DNA from: Sphingomonadaceae bacterium
GTDB lineage: Bacteria; Pseudomonadota; Alphaproteobacteria; Sphingomonadales; Sphingomonadaceae
Direction of reading: 5' to 3'
DNA length: 64,000 nucleotides
Assembly: GCA_020630295.1 (NCBI GenBank)
Contig: JAHDBR010000001.1
Location: 67,620 to 131,619, forward strand
This document shows positions 47,513 to 57,984 of the stretch, piece by piece (within the stretch, counting starts at the first letter, position 1; every line of letters begins with the position of its first letter). Below the pieces are notes generated by a model that saw only the letters and a program-made list of their open reading frames with translations, was not told the origin of the DNA and did not search any database. Made by a program: the position numbers and the translations under genes.

Positions 47513-48481
47513 CTATTTACGTAATAATAATTCAAAATCAGTTTCGATTACGATATTTTGCAACTCTTTGCGCAGCCAGTTTTCCGGAGGCTGGTTGCGA
47601 AACCATGTATATTGCCGCTTGGCATATTGTCTCGTGGCCTGCTGTCCAGATTGAATGCATTCACGCTGCGAAACTTCCTCTTCTAGCCATGCCAATATCT
47701 CTCGCATCCCGATGGCTCGCATCACCGGTAGGTCCGGGTCGAGTTTGCGCTGGGCAAGGGCTTTGACTTCGTCGATTGCGCCCTGTTCCAGCATTTGTTC
47801 AAACCTCAGATCGCAGCGCGCGTAGAGCTCGGTCCGGTCAGGCACAATGACCAGCGGATGCAGCGCAACCTGATTGCCAATTCCGCCGGTGCTTTTGCCG
47901 TGAAACGATGTGATCGGTTTTCCTGTAGAGCGGACCACCTCCAACGCACGCTGTGTGCGCGCAGAATCTGCCGCCGCTAATCTGCCTGCGGCCTCAGGAT
48001 CTTCTTCTTCCAACGCCGCACGCGCGGCTTCTTGTGTCATTCCGCGGACTTTGGTGCGTATCTCGGGGTCGATAGGCGGAATCGGAGAAATTCCGTCCAG
48101 CAATGTGCGCATATACAGGCCGGTCCCGCCGACCAGGATGGGAACACTCCCTGCTTCGTGTAATTCCGTGATCTTTGCTTTTGCAGCTTTGGCCCAATCA
48201 GCAGTGGAGCAGGGCGTGGCTCCATCCCATTCGCCAAACAGATAATGCGGAACGCCGCGCATTTCGTCATTGCTTGGCCGTGCACTAAGTACACGAAGAT
48301 CGGCGTATACCTGTGCGCTGTCGCAATTGATGATCGCCGCAGCCCGGCCTGTTTCGATTACCGCTTCTGCCAGCCGTACTGCCAGATCGCTCTTGCCGCT
48401 GGCGGTTGGCCCTGCAATGAGCGCGAGCGGCGGCCGCGTATCATTCTGCGCGCCAGATTCAGGAGGATTATTCGTGCCCAT
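47513..48481 (-). CDS. miaA: tRNA dimethylallyltransferase
   Basis: P-loop GPTASGKS. Start is either ATG 48481 or ATG 48523. Confidence 0.9.
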   Translation of the reverse strand: MGTNNPPESGAQNDTRPPLALIAGPTASGKSDLAVRLAEAVIETGRAAAIINCDSAQVYADLRVLSARPSNDEMRGVPHYLFGEWDGATPCSTADWAKAAKAKITELHEAGSVPILVGGTGLYMRTLLDGISPIPPIDPEIRTKVRGMTQEAARAALEEEDPEAAGRLAAADSARTQRALEVVRSTGKPITSFHGKSTGGIGNQVALHPLVIVPDRTELYARCDLRFEQMLEQGAIDEVKALAQRKLDPDLPVMRAIGMREILAWLEEEVSQRECIQSGQQATRQYAKRQYTWFRNQPPENWLRKELQNIVIETDFELLLRK

Positions 48482-49352
48482 CGCCCGGCTTATAGCAGAC
48501 CCGGTTGGACTTGAAACGCGCATTGCGCGACTAAAGGCGGCTTTGCTTGAAGATCAGAACACAGTCGATGTCGATGTGGTGTCTGATGACGGGGATAGCA
48601 TCCTCCAACTGGAGTCACCTTCCATAGCCCCAGACGCCTTCAGGTCCGCAATTGAACAGCATCTAAAACCCGAGGCTGGTCTGGTTGCGGAGCAGGAAAT
48701 CTCTGTGCCCGCGCTTTTCGTCTCCGACATGGACTCAACTATGATCGGTCAGGAGTGTATTGATGAACTCGCAGACTTCGCGGGCCTCAAGGATCGGGTG
48801 GCTGACATTACCGAGCGGGCGATGCAGGGTGAACTCGATTTTGAGACGGCATTGCGGGAACGGGTCGGCTTGCTGGCCGGATTGAATGAAAGCGCAATTC
48901 AGGAATGTCTTGACCAGCGCATCACTGCCATGCCCGGCGCGCGCATTCTTGTGCAAACGTTACGCGCGAGGGGCTGCAAGACAGCTCTGGTTACCGGCGG
49001 GTTCCATCATTTTGCGGATGCGGTTGCCGCCGAATTGGGATTTGAACGCGTGGTCGGGAACCGTTTGGCTGTTGAAAGCGGGAAATTGACCGGTCAGCTG
49101 GCGGGACCGGTTGCGGACAGTTCGACCAAGCTGGCCGTATTGCAGGAAGAATATTCGCGATTAGATGGCGGCACTATTTTGGCCGCTGGCGACGGCGCGA
49201 ATGATATCCCGATGCTGGAAGCGGCCGATTACGGCATTGCTTATAAAGCCAAGCCGAAAGCGCGGGCCTCCGCATCGGGTTGGATCGATAGCGGCGACCT
49301 CACCTCGGTATTGCGGCTGTTAGGGGTACCCAAGACCGAGTGGGTGCAGTGA
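48474..49352 (+). CDS. serB: phosphoserine phosphatase
   Basis: Start moved to GTG 48474, 7 nt after AGGAGG. HAD motifs DMDSTMI and GDGANDIPM. Confidence 0.85.
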   Translation: MPIARLIADPVGLETRIARLKAALLEDQNTVDVDVVSDDGDSILQLESPSIAPDAFRSAIEQHLKPEAGLVAEQEISVPALFVSDMDSTMIGQECIDELADFAGLKDRVADITERAMQGELDFETALRERVGLLAGLNESAIQECLDQRITAMPGARILVQTLRARGCKTALVTGGFHHFADAVAAELGFERVVGNRLAVESGKLTGQLAGPVADSSTKLAVLQEEYSRLDGGTILAAGDGANDIPMLEAADYGIAYKAKPKARASASGWIDSGDLTSVLRLLGVPKTEWVQ

Positions 49353-49354
49353 AG

Positions 49355-50041
49355 CTATAGCCAGCTTGAAACCTGACTGAGTGGTTTCTTTTTCAGTGCA
49401 TGGGTCGGCACAGTCGCATCGGCAGCGGGTTTGCCGGCGACCACGATCATCAGCGGTTTTTCTTCCGCGGGCCGGCCGCACAGATCTCGCAAGAATCCCA
49501 TGGGTGAGGGGGTATGCGTCAGCGTCGCTAACCCTGCTTCATGAAGGCACGCAATCATCATGCCGCAGGCGATGCCGACGCTCTCATTGACGTAGTAATT
49601 CTGCGTTTTGCCGTCTTCTTCAATTCCGCCCTTGCGCTGGGCAAATACGACAATCAACCACGGCGCGGTTTCCAGAAACGGCTTGTCCTGATCCGTTCCC
49701 AATGGCGCCAGCGCGTCAAGCCACTGCTCGCTCGCCTTCGCCTTGTCCCCTTCTGCGCCATAAAACTCGCGCTCTTCTGCCTCGGCTGCTTCGCGGATCG
49801 CTTTCTTCTTATCGGCCGAATGCACCACACTGAAATGCCACGGCTGATGGTTTGCGCCGTTAGGCGCGCTGCCTCCAGCAAGGATGGCTGCTTCAATCAC
49901 TTCCCTCGGGACCGGTTCATCTGAGAAATACCGGCAGGTGCGGCGCTGCGAAATCTTTAGCTGGAAGTCTTGCGCACGCCGGATACGTTCGGCGTCATCC
50001 AGATCGGGCAGCGAATACGGAATTGAATCGTGTGGTTTCAT
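49355..50041 (-). CDS. nitroreductase-superfamily flavoprotein, iodotyrosine deiodinase (IYD)-like
   Basis: 228 aa, colinear by eye with human IYD recalled from memory: IPYS, RRTCRYFS.EPVP.EVI, APNGANHQPWHF, FLETAPWLIVVF, YYVNESVGIACG, GRPAEEKPLMIV, KKKPL. Confidence 0.75.
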   Translation of the reverse strand: MKPHDSIPYSLPDLDDAERIRRAQDFQLKISQRRTCRYFSDEPVPREVIEAAILAGGSAPNGANHQPWHFSVVHSADKKKAIREAAEAEEREFYGAEGDKAKASEQWLDALAPLGTDQDKPFLETAPWLIVVFAQRKGGIEEDGKTQNYYVNESVGIACGMMIACLHEAGLATLTHTPSPMGFLRDLCGRPAEEKPLMIVVAGKPAADATVPTHALKKKPLSQVSSWL

Positions 50042-50144
50042 GCCAATCCTATCGCGCTATCGAGAATGAAAATAAAGCCCCGAACCTCCGTTTAAATTGA
50101 CACCATTGTAAGTAAGGTGCAAAATTCTTGGACGGAGACACACC

Positions 50145-50939
50145 ATGGCTGCAATTGATCGCCCATTGAAATCACCGGAACGCTCTCTGGTCGGATTTCG
50201 TCCGATCAAGGCGCTTGGCCATTTTCGCAAGCTAGTGGCCGATAAAGAAGATACCGAGCAGGTTTTCCATATTATCGAGGCGTTGAAGGGCCGCAAAACT
50301 GCCCGTCAAGCAGCCACCTTTGTGCAGTCGCCCGAAGGAAGAGCTCTGATCGAGGCAGATTATGATATTCCTGCACATCTGGATAATCATTCATTGTGGG
50401 CGGATTGCGAGCAGGAAAGCGTCGCGCAGACCTATATCCGGTTTATGAAGCGAGAAGGGCTTAGCGCAGCCGGTCTGGTAGAAGAATCCTATAAATGGTT
50501 GGCGAAAGATCAGCGGCCGCAGGATCTGTACGAATGGTATTTTGAACGCCTCCGCGATACGCATGATCTGTTTCATGTGTTGACAGGATACGGCCGGGAC
50601 CCGCTGGGTGAATTGTGCCTGCTCGGCTTCAGCTACGCCCAGAACCACAATCATGGCGTGCAGTTTATCGCTTTCGCAGGATCGCACCAGCTACGCCGGG
50701 AAACCGGCACCAAGGCGCCAATTGCAGCCGCCGTGGCCGAAGGTAAGCGTTTGGGAGCCGCGGCAGCAAAGATCGCTCATGAAGACATCGAGCCACTCAT
50801 GCGCGAAACTCTGGCCGATGCGCGCCGCCGGCTCAACATCGGCGCGCCGAACCAGTATCTTGAGTGCTTGCAAATACTGCAATCAGAGGGCTGGACGGGT
50901 GACGGTGACCGGCCCGATTTTGAGGCGCAAGCGGCCTAA
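50145..50939 (+). CDS. Coq4-family protein
   Basis: 264 aa. [17 protein letters not shown] matches the Coq4 HDxxH-x11-E metal-binding motif. Confidence 0.7.
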   Translation: MAAIDRPLKSPERSLVGFRPIKALGHFRKLVADKEDTEQVFHIIEALKGRKTARQAATFVQSPEGRALIEADYDIPAHLDNHSLWADCEQESVAQTYIRFMKREGLSAAGLVEESYKWLAKDQRPQDLYEWYFERLRDTHDLFHVLTGYGRDPLGELCLLGFSYAQNHNHGVQFIAFAGSHQLRRETGTKAPIAAAVAEGKRLGAAAAKIAHEDIEPLMRETLADARRRLNIGAPNQYLECLQILQSEGWTGDGDRPDFEAQAA

Positions 50940-53266
50940 TCGTTCATCCAGTTTTCGAAGAAGCTCTCATGCGCGGCACGTAAGTCAGTGACAGGAATAT
51001 CAAATGCGATCGCGTCTTCATCATCCTTCCAGGAAAAGCGGTCACCGCCAGTAAATCCGATCCAGTCTGCGCTGACACCTGCTGCTTTGCATTCTTCTTC
51101 AAAAGCGGCCCATTCCTCACGCTCGGTGATTGGCAGGCAGATAATGTACCGGCTCTGATCCTCGGCGAACATGTCCAGCAGACTGTCGCCTAGCGTATGT
51201 ACAGTAGCACCGATGCCGCCAGCCATGGCCATTTCAGCTAGCGCAACCGCGGCACCGCCATCAGAAATGTCGTGCACCGTGTTGCAGCGATAGGAAGTGA
51301 CCAATTCGCGAACGAATTCGCCGACGCGGCGCTCCGTATCCAGATCAACCGGCGGCGGCGCACCGTCTTCCAAGCCGCGGACTTCGCGCAGCCATGTAGA
51401 CTGGCCTAAATGCGAGCCGATTGCGCCAATGCTACCTTCTGCGCGCATGGCGGCCAGATCCGGCTCACCAGCTTTTGCATTCCATAGAGCGTCACCATTG
51501 TCGGTGAAGCCGCCAAGTACGATAATGGCCTGACCTTCATCCTTGAAAGCAATGGTGGCCATCACATCGTGATCTTCCAGAACGCCGACACCGCCAATAG
51601 CAGGCGTGGGCAAAATGGCGCTACCGCCGCCCGTTGCCTTGCTTTCATTATAAAGCGAGACGTTCCCGCTTACGATCGGGAAATCAAGCGATCGGCAGGC
51701 CTCGCCCATACCCTCGAGGCAGCCGACAAACTGGGCCATAATTTCAGGCCGTTGCGGATTGCCGAAATTGAGACAGTTCGTAACCGAAAGCGGGGTCGCG
51801 CCTACTGCGCACAAATTGCGATAGGATTCCGCAACGGCATGTTTTCCGCCTTCATACGGGTCTGCATAGCAATAGCGCGGGTTGCAATCGGTAGAAATTG
51901 CCAGCGCCTTATCTGTGCCGTGCACTCGTACGACCGAGGCATCACCGCCCGATTTTTGCAGCGTATCTGCGCCGACCTGACTGTCATATTGCTCCCAAAT
52001 CCAGCGCCGTGAGGCGAGGGCGGGGGTGCCGAGAAGATGCAGAAGTTCTGCGCCCAAATCATCGCTAGCATCGATCTTGCTAAGCGACGGGATGCCTGCC
52101 CAAGCCTTATATTCTTCCTTGGAAACATAAGGCCGTTCATATTCCGGCGCGTCTGATGCGAGCGGGCCGAGCGGAATGTCGCAGACAACTTCGCCGCCAA
52201 ATTCCAGAACCATGTGGCGCGTATCGGTTACTTCACCAATGACCGCGAAATCCAGTTCCCATTTCTTGAATATTTCCTCTGCCATGGCTTCCTTGCCCGG
52301 CTTGAGGACCATCAACATCCGTTCCTGACTTTCGCTGAGCATCATCTCATACGGTGTCATGCCCTCTTCGCGGCAGGGAACCTTATCCATATCAAGACGG
52401 ATGCCCGTCTTCCCGTTGGTTGCCATTTCAACGCTGGAGGAAGTCAGTCCAGCCGCGCCCATATCCTGAATTGCGACGATCGCATCGGTTGCCATCAGTT
52501 CGAGGCACGCCTCGATCAACAGTTTTTCGGTGAACGGGTCACCCACTTGCACTGTAGGACGTTTTTCTTCCGTATCTTCGCTGAAGTCAGCGCTTGCCAT
52601 GGTTGCGCCGTGGATGCCGTCACGCCCGGTCTTAGAGCCGACATAGACAATCGGATTGCCTACGCCCGTTGCTGCGCTGTAAAAAATCTTGTCTGTATCC
52701 GCGACGCCGACTGTCATCGCATTGACCAGAATGTTGCCATCATAGGCAGGGTGGAAGTTGGTTTCTCCTCCGATGGTCGGGACACCCACGCAATTACCGT
52801 ATCCGCCGATCCCGGCGACAACGCCTTTTACCAGATGCTTCATCTTTGGATGGTCCGGACGGCCAAAGCGCAGGGCATTCATGTTGGCGACGGGGCGCGC
52901 ACCCATTGTGAACACATCGCGCAGAATGCCGCCAACGCCGGTGGCAGCGCCCTGATAGGGTTCTATGTAAGAGGGGTGGTTGTGGCTTTCCATTTTGAAG
53001 ATTGCAGCCTGGCCATCGCCGATGTCGATCACGCCCGCATTCTCGCCAGGACCGCAAATTACCCAAGGTGCCTCGGTCGGAAGCTTCTTGAGATGGAAGC
53101 GCGACGATTTGTAGGAGCAATGCTCCGACCACATAACCGAGAATATTCCAAGCTCGACTAGATTGGGCTCGCGTCCCAATGCGCCCAGCACGCGCTCATA
53201 TTCCTCGGGACTGAAGCCATGCGTTTCGACGACTTCCGGTGTGATCTGATCAGGATTCGTTGCCAT
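50936..53266 (-). CDS. purL: phosphoribosylformylglycinamidine synthase subunit PurL
   Basis: 776 aa with SHNHPS and duplicated AIRS/PurM-like domains. Confidence 0.95.
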   Translation of the reverse strand: MATNPDQITPEVVETHGFSPEEYERVLGALGREPNLVELGIFSVMWSEHCSYKSSRFHLKKLPTEAPWVICGPGENAGVIDIGDGQAAIFKMESHNHPSYIEPYQGAATGVGGILRDVFTMGARPVANMNALRFGRPDHPKMKHLVKGVVAGIGGYGNCVGVPTIGGETNFHPAYDGNILVNAMTVGVADTDKIFYSAATGVGNPIVYVGSKTGRDGIHGATMASADFSEDTEEKRPTVQVGDPFTEKLLIEACLELMATDAIVAIQDMGAAGLTSSSVEMATNGKTGIRLDMDKVPCREEGMTPYEMMLSESQERMLMVLKPGKEAMAEEIFKKWELDFAVIGEVTDTRHMVLEFGGEVVCDIPLGPLASDAPEYERPYVSKEEYKAWAGIPSLSKIDASDDLGAELLHLLGTPALASRRWIWEQYDSQVGADTLQKSGGDASVVRVHGTDKALAISTDCNPRYCYADPYEGGKHAVAESYRNLCAVGATPLSVTNCLNFGNPQRPEIMAQFVGCLEGMGEACRSLDFPIVSGNVSLYNESKATGGGSAILPTPAIGGVGVLEDHDVMATIAFKDEGQAIIVLGGFTDNGDALWNAKAGEPDLAAMRAEGSIGAIGSHLGQSTWLREVRGLEDGAPPPVDLDTERRVGEFVRELVTSYRCNTVHDISDGGAAVALAEMAMAGGIGATVHTLGDSLLDMFAEDQSRYIICLPITEREEWAAFEEECKAAGVSADWIGFTGGDRFSWKDDEDAIAFDIPVTDLRAAHESFFENWMND

Positions 53267-53275
53267 GCACGCCGT

Positions 53276-53956
53276 TTAGCGGCGCGGGCTGGCTCCTGCT
53301 AGCCCCCGGTCGTCCTTATGGCGGCGAGTTGTCCCCACCCAATGTGCGACCCAAGCCGCCAAACCAAAGCTGAAAAGAGCCGTCAGGTAAAACACGATGT
53401 TTGCCTCCGCCGGCTCAGGACCGAACCAGTTGATGGACTGCATCGCCAAAAGCAGGGCCAGCAATATCCATGGCGGCATGACGGGCCCTTTGGTTCGGGA
53501 AACATACCACAGGAAGGCCCCAAACGTCAGCGCCAGTTCGACGCCAATGGCCGCCGCGGGATAGTTCCAAAGCCCGAATCCATAACGGTTCTCCCCACCT
53601 GCAATTGTCAGATCAGGGCGATGCACCAGAAGGTCAGTCAGCCAATGCGATAAAACGACAGCCCCGCCGATCAGGGCTGTCATCAGGTCACGCCGCGCAA
53701 GAACGAGAACTCCGACAAAAATGATCGCCCAGACCAGCGTCCCTAATAATGAGTGGGTGTAAGGCATATGATATAAATCGAGCGGGTTCATCGCCGTGAT
53801 GCCGGGGGTAATCCGCATATTTTCTATGCCAAAAATTGCGAAGGTAAAGAAAGCCCAATCCACCAGCTGCGCCGCAATAAACAGGGTCCCCAGTTTCGGA
53901 GCGCGTTTGCTGACGGCGGCGGCAGCGAAAGCTGGTGCCCAATGCCCGATAAACAT
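53276..53956 (-). CDS. polytopic membrane protein (possibly YdjM/DUF457-like metal-dependent hydrolase)
   Basis: 226 aa with about 6 TM segments, N-terminal MFIGHW and several conserved-looking His residues. The family call is tentative. Confidence 0.55.
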   Translation of the reverse strand: MFIGHWAPAFAAAAVSKRAPKLGTLFIAAQLVDWAFFTFAIFGIENMRITPGITAMNPLDLYHMPYTHSLLGTLVWAIIFVGVLVLARRDLMTALIGGAVVLSHWLTDLLVHRPDLTIAGGENRYGFGLWNYPAAAIGVELALTFGAFLWYVSRTKGPVMPPWILLALLLAMQSINWFGPEPAEANIVFYLTALFSFGLAAWVAHWVGTTRRHKDDRGLAGASPRR

Positions 53957-53962
53957 ACTGGT

Positions 53963-54358
53963 TTAGCCTACTTTCTGAACGAGGAGGGTTGCTGCGCTGG
54001 CGGCCACAGAGGTGGCGAATGCCCCCCAGAAAATGTCCGTAACGGTAATATAAGTGGGCCAGACTTTTAGTGTGGCCTGGTTAGTCATGTCATAAGTCGC
54101 ATAGCACAGCCCGCCCAGAAGCGCACCATTCAGTGCCGCTGTCGCGATGCCATGATCCATCCCGGGGCGCACGGCAAACCAAACCATTCCGGCGATATAG
54201 ATCAGATAGAAAATGGCCGCAGGACCTGCGCGAAAGCTGTCTGCCATCAATTCACCGATGGCAGGACGATAAAAATTCGGTCCAGCCCAGCGGAGCCAAA
54301 GTGCATCCAGAATGCCGAACGACACCGCTGCGCCCACATAGGCGATTACCCATTTCAT
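53963..54358 (-). CDS. DUF2177-like small membrane protein
   Basis: Start moved to ATG 54358 (MKWVIAYVGAAV...). About 131 aa with 4 TM segments. Confidence 0.6.
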   Translation of the reverse strand: MKWVIAYVGAAVSFGILDALWLRWAGPNFYRPAIGELMADSFRAGPAAIFYLIYIAGMVWFAVRPGMDHGIATAALNGALLGGLCYATYDMTNQATLKVWPTYITVTDIFWGAFATSVAASAATLLVQKVG

Positions 54359-54434
54359 TGATCGTGCCCCCGATACTCTGTCGATGCTCTGCAATTCTCA
54401 GGTGACAACTTGACCAAGCCAGCGGTGGCCGTCA

Positions 54435-54698
54435 ATGCTCCATTCCATGAATGAGGCAATCACCGACATAGAGAAAATGAGCTTTGAGGACGCGCTGCGT
54501 GCTTTGGAGGATGTAGTTAAGCGTTTGGAAGGCGGAGAAGTGCCGCTGGACGAATCAATCGGGCTTTACGAGCAGGGTGAAAAGCTGCGCCAGCACTGTC
54601 AGGCAAGGCTGGATTCTGCGCAGGCGCGGATCGAGAAGATCGTCGCTGGCGCAGACGGCAAAGCGACCGGAACCGCGCCTTTCGATTCGGAAAATTGA
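54435..54698 (+). CDS. xseB: exodeoxyribonuclease VII small subunit
   Basis: 87 aa with FEDALRALEDVVKRLEGGEVPLDESIGLYEQG. Confidence 0.9.
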   Translation: MLHSMNEAITDIEKMSFEDALRALEDVVKRLEGGEVPLDESIGLYEQGEKLRQHCQARLDSAQARIEKIVAGADGKATGTAPFDSEN

Positions 54699-54699
54699 A

Positions 54700-55608
54700 A
54701 TGAGCGTGACCGAAGTTCCTTCAACCATTTTGCAGGACGGTTTGCTGCAAATCCAGGGTGAGGTTGATGCCGCCTTCGACGCGATGATGCCGGTACCGGA
54801 TGACACACGTGCGCGGCTTATTGAAGCGATGCGCTATGCCGCAATCGGCGGCGGCAAACGCGTGCGCCCGTTGCTCGTCGCTGCAACCGCTGGAATGTTT
54901 GGCGTGGACCGGTCCGCCGCAGTCCATGCAGGGTGCGCGGTGGAAGCCATCCATGTCTATTCGCTCATCCACGATGATTTGCCCTGCATGGATGACGATG
55001 ATCTGCGCCACGGCAAGCCGACGCTGCACAAGAAATTTGACGAAGCGACTGCGGTTTTAGCTGGAGACTCGCTGCACGCTTTGGCGTTCGAGATACTGTC
55101 AGGAGACCGTATTAGCGGCGACCCGTTCACGCGCGCCGAACTGATCGCGACTTTAGCCGGTGCTAGCGGCATGGGCGGAATGGCTGGCGGCCAGATGATG
55201 GACATGGTTGCGGAAGATGCAGATTATGATCTGCAATCAATCACTCGGCTCCAACAATTGAAGACCGGCGCTTTGCTGGCTGCTTCGGTGGAAATGGGCG
55301 CAATATTGGGCAAGGTCGCACCTGAAGGGCGTTCAAATTTGCGTGCCTATGCGCGTGATATCGGCTTGGCATTCCAGATTGCCGATGACCTGCTGGATTA
55401 CGAGGGCGATGAGGAAAAGGCCGGTAAAGCGCTGCGCAAAGATGACGAGCAGGGCAAGCAAACCTTTGTGACGCTGATGGGAGCAGACGGTGCGCGTGAT
55501 CAGGCCCGTGCGCTGGTCGATCAGGCGGTCGGCCATTTGGCTTCTTATGGAAGCGATGGCGCACTTCTGGCGGCGCTAGCGCGCTTTATTGTGGAGAGAG
55601 ATCGATGA
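54700..55608 (+). CDS. ispA: farnesyl diphosphate synthase (polyprenyl synthetase)
   Basis: Start moved to ATG 54700. Motifs DDLPCMDDDDLRHGK (FARM) and DDLLD (SARM). Confidence 0.9.
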   Translation: MSVTEVPSTILQDGLLQIQGEVDAAFDAMMPVPDDTRARLIEAMRYAAIGGGKRVRPLLVAATAGMFGVDRSAAVHAGCAVEAIHVYSLIHDDLPCMDDDDLRHGKPTLHKKFDEATAVLAGDSLHALAFEILSGDRISGDPFTRAELIATLAGASGMGGMAGGQMMDMVAEDADYDLQSITRLQQLKTGALLAASVEMGAILGKVAPEGRSNLRAYARDIGLAFQIADDLLDYEGDEEKAGKALRKDDEQGKQTFVTLMGADGARDQARALVDQAVGHLASYGSDGALLAALARFIVERDR

Positions 55609-56117
55609 GCGAACGCGTCGGTATTTACCCGGGCACCTTTGACCCGATGACGCTGGGCCATGCCGATATTATCCGGCGCGGTGCAAAATTGGTCGACCGC
55701 CTGATTTTGGGTGTGACCACAAACCCGTCCAAGAACCCGATGTTCAGCACCGAAGAACGTTTGACGATGGTCGAACGTGAAGTGGATTCGCTTGGCATCG
55801 CGAATGTCGAAGTTGTCGGCTTTAATGCTTTGCTGGTCAAATTCGCCCAGCAGCAGGGGGCAAGTGTAATCATCCGCGGTTTGCGGGCCGTCGCTGATTT
55901 CGAATATGAATATCAAATGGCTGGCATGAACCAACAGTTAGACGACGATATAGAAACCATCTTCCTGATGGCGGATGTGTCGCTGCAGCCCATCGCATCC
56001 AAGCTGGTCAAAGAAATTGCGTTGTTCGGCGGTGATATTACTCCATTCGTCAGCACCGCCGTGCGTAACGAGGTGATTGCTCGGGTCGACAAAATTGGCC
56101 GCAAGGGTGATCTTTGA
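55605..56117 (+). CDS. coaD: pantetheine-phosphate adenylyltransferase
   Basis: 170 aa with YPGTFDPMTLGHADI. ATGA overlap with ispA. Confidence 0.95.
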   Translation: MSERVGIYPGTFDPMTLGHADIIRRGAKLVDRLILGVTTNPSKNPMFSTEERLTMVEREVDSLGIANVEVVGFNALLVKFAQQQGASVIIRGLRAVADFEYEYQMAGMNQQLDDDIETIFLMADVSLQPIASKLVKEIALFGGDITPFVSTAVRNEVIARVDKIGRKGDL

Positions 56118-56191
56118 TCATTCATTGAAGTGACAGGCGCGGGCGGCTAAGCGCCAATTTGTAAATACTTACCAAGATTGACAGGATTTTC

Positions 56192-56878
56192 ATGTTCACA
56201 CGTTTGATTGCCGCTGGTGCGCTGGCCACTCTGGCTTTTACCTCTATTCCCGCGATTGCGCAGGATAGCGAAGAAGAAGCCCCCGCACCTGTTGCGCCTA
56301 AGCGTTACACTCCGATCAACTACAATCTTCAAGAAGACCGCGAGAACATTCTTGTTCTGGACCTGTCGAATGGTCAGCGCGTTCAAATCCGTTTGATGGA
56401 GCAATGGGCGCCCAACCACGTGGCGCGGATTAAAACGCTTACTCGTCAGGGCTTTTATAACGGTGTCATTTTCCACCGGGTCATTGACGGTTTTATGGCG
56501 CAGACCGGCGATCCGACCGGAACCGGTCAAGGCGGTTCGCAGCTCCCCGATCTGGAAGAAGAATTTAATCCGATGCCGCATATTCGCGGGACTGTCTCGA
56601 TGGCTCGGGCGCAAGAAGAAAACAGCGCCAACAGCCAGTTTTTCATCAACTTTTATCCGCGCTTCTCCCTAGATAAACGGTACACCAATTTCGGGCGCGT
56701 CATTGCAGGTATGGCTGCGGTAGATGCAATCAACCGGGGTGAACCGCCTGCAAACCCGACTAAGATTCTTCAGGCATCCTTGGCAATCGACAATCTACCA
56801 GTTCCGGTTGCAGCGCCGCCAGTGTTTGAAGAACCGGCGATTACTGCCGATGCGCTAAATGCGCCGATCGGTTCGTAA
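56192..56878 (+). CDS. cyclophilin-type peptidyl-prolyl isomerase, secreted
   Basis: 228 aa with a signal peptide, FHRVIDGFMAQTGDP and NSQFFI. Confidence 0.9.
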   Translation: MFTRLIAAGALATLAFTSIPAIAQDSEEEAPAPVAPKRYTPINYNLQEDRENILVLDLSNGQRVQIRLMEQWAPNHVARIKTLTRQGFYNGVIFHRVIDGFMAQTGDPTGTGQGGSQLPDLEEEFNPMPHIRGTVSMARAQEENSANSQFFINFYPRFSLDKRYTNFGRVIAGMAAVDAINRGEPPANPTKILQASLAIDNLPVPVAAPPVFEEPAITADALNAPIGS

Positions 56879-56914
56879 CTTCCCTTTTTGTTCGGGTTTG
56901 CCTAAGCGCGCGCA

Positions 56915-57952
56915 ATGCGTGTTGACCTGTTTGATTTCGAGCTACCTCAGGAGCTGATAGCTCTGCGTCCGGTGTCGCCGCGCGATTCCGCTAAAATGCT
57001 GGTGGCTGACGGCGATGCAGCTTTCGCGGATCGGCGTGTAAGCGATTTAGCAGATATCCTAGAGCCCGGTGATGTGCTGGTATTCAATGACACCCGCGTA
57101 ATTCCCGCTCAGCTTGAGGGCACGCGCGGTGAAGCCCGAATTGGCGCGACCTTGCACAAACGGATTGATCTACGCCGCTGGCAGGCTTTCATTCGCAATG
57201 CCAAACGCGTGAAGGAAGGCGATGTTATCCAGTTCGCGCATTCGGTGCGTGCAGTTGCGGAAGCCCGCCACAAAGACGGCAGCTTCACTTTGAATTTTGA
57301 AGGTGACGAGCCAGTGGAAATCCTGCTGGAACGGGCAGGGCAGATGCCGCTCCCACCATATATCGCCGGCAAACGGCCGACTGACGAACGCGACAAGCAA
57401 GATTACCAGACAATCTTCGCCAAAGAAGATGGAGCAGTCGCCGCACCGACTGCCTCGCTTCACTTCACGCAGGGGCTGCTGGATGCGCTGGATGCGCGCG
57501 GAGTGCTGCGCGAAACTATCACGCTTCATGTGGGGGCAGGCACCTTCCTGCCGGTAAAGGCGGACGATACTGAAGATCACCAGATGCACGCGGAATGGGG
57601 CAGGATCGAACCCGCTGTTGCGGATCGCTTAAATGCAGCGCGTGCCAACGGCAACCGCGTGATTGCGGTCGGCACGACCAGCCTGCGCTTGCTGGAAAGC
57701 GCGGCAAATGATCGGAATATAATCGAACCGTTCAATGGCGATACGTCCATCTTCATCACGCCCGGTTACAGGTTCAAGGCGGTGGACGGGTTGATGACTA
57801 ATTTCCATCTACCCAAATCCACGCTTTTCATGCTGGTTAGCGCATTGATGGGGCAGGAAAGAATGCAGGCGGTGTACGGCCACGCAATCAGCAATGGATA
57901 CCGGTTCTACAGCTACGGCGATTCCAGCCTCCTGCTACCAAACCGTAAGTAA
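56915..57952 (+). CDS. queA: S-adenosylmethionine:tRNA ribosyltransferase-isomerase
   Basis: 345 aa with [16 protein letters not shown] and a FYSYGDS C-terminal region. Confidence 0.95.
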   Translation: MRVDLFDFELPQELIALRPVSPRDSAKMLVADGDAAFADRRVSDLADILEPGDVLVFNDTRVIPAQLEGTRGEARIGATLHKRIDLRRWQAFIRNAKRVKEGDVIQFAHSVRAVAEARHKDGSFTLNFEGDEPVEILLERAGQMPLPPYIAGKRPTDERDKQDYQTIFAKEDGAVAAPTASLHFTQGLLDALDARGVLRETITLHVGAGTFLPVKADDTEDHQMHAEWGRIEPAVADRLNAARANGNRVIAVGTTSLRLLESAANDRNIIEPFNGDTSIFITPGYRFKAVDGLMTNFHLPKSTLFMLVSALMGQERMQAVYGHAISNGYRFYSYGDSSLLLPNRK

Positions 57953-57984
57953 GGCTTGGCAATCATCTCGGCCTGCGCGATGGG

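Noticed and set aside
52214-53161. 315-aa plus-strand ORF inside purL
   Set aside because: It is a shadow ORF opposite a highly conserved purL frame, with no recognisable motifs.
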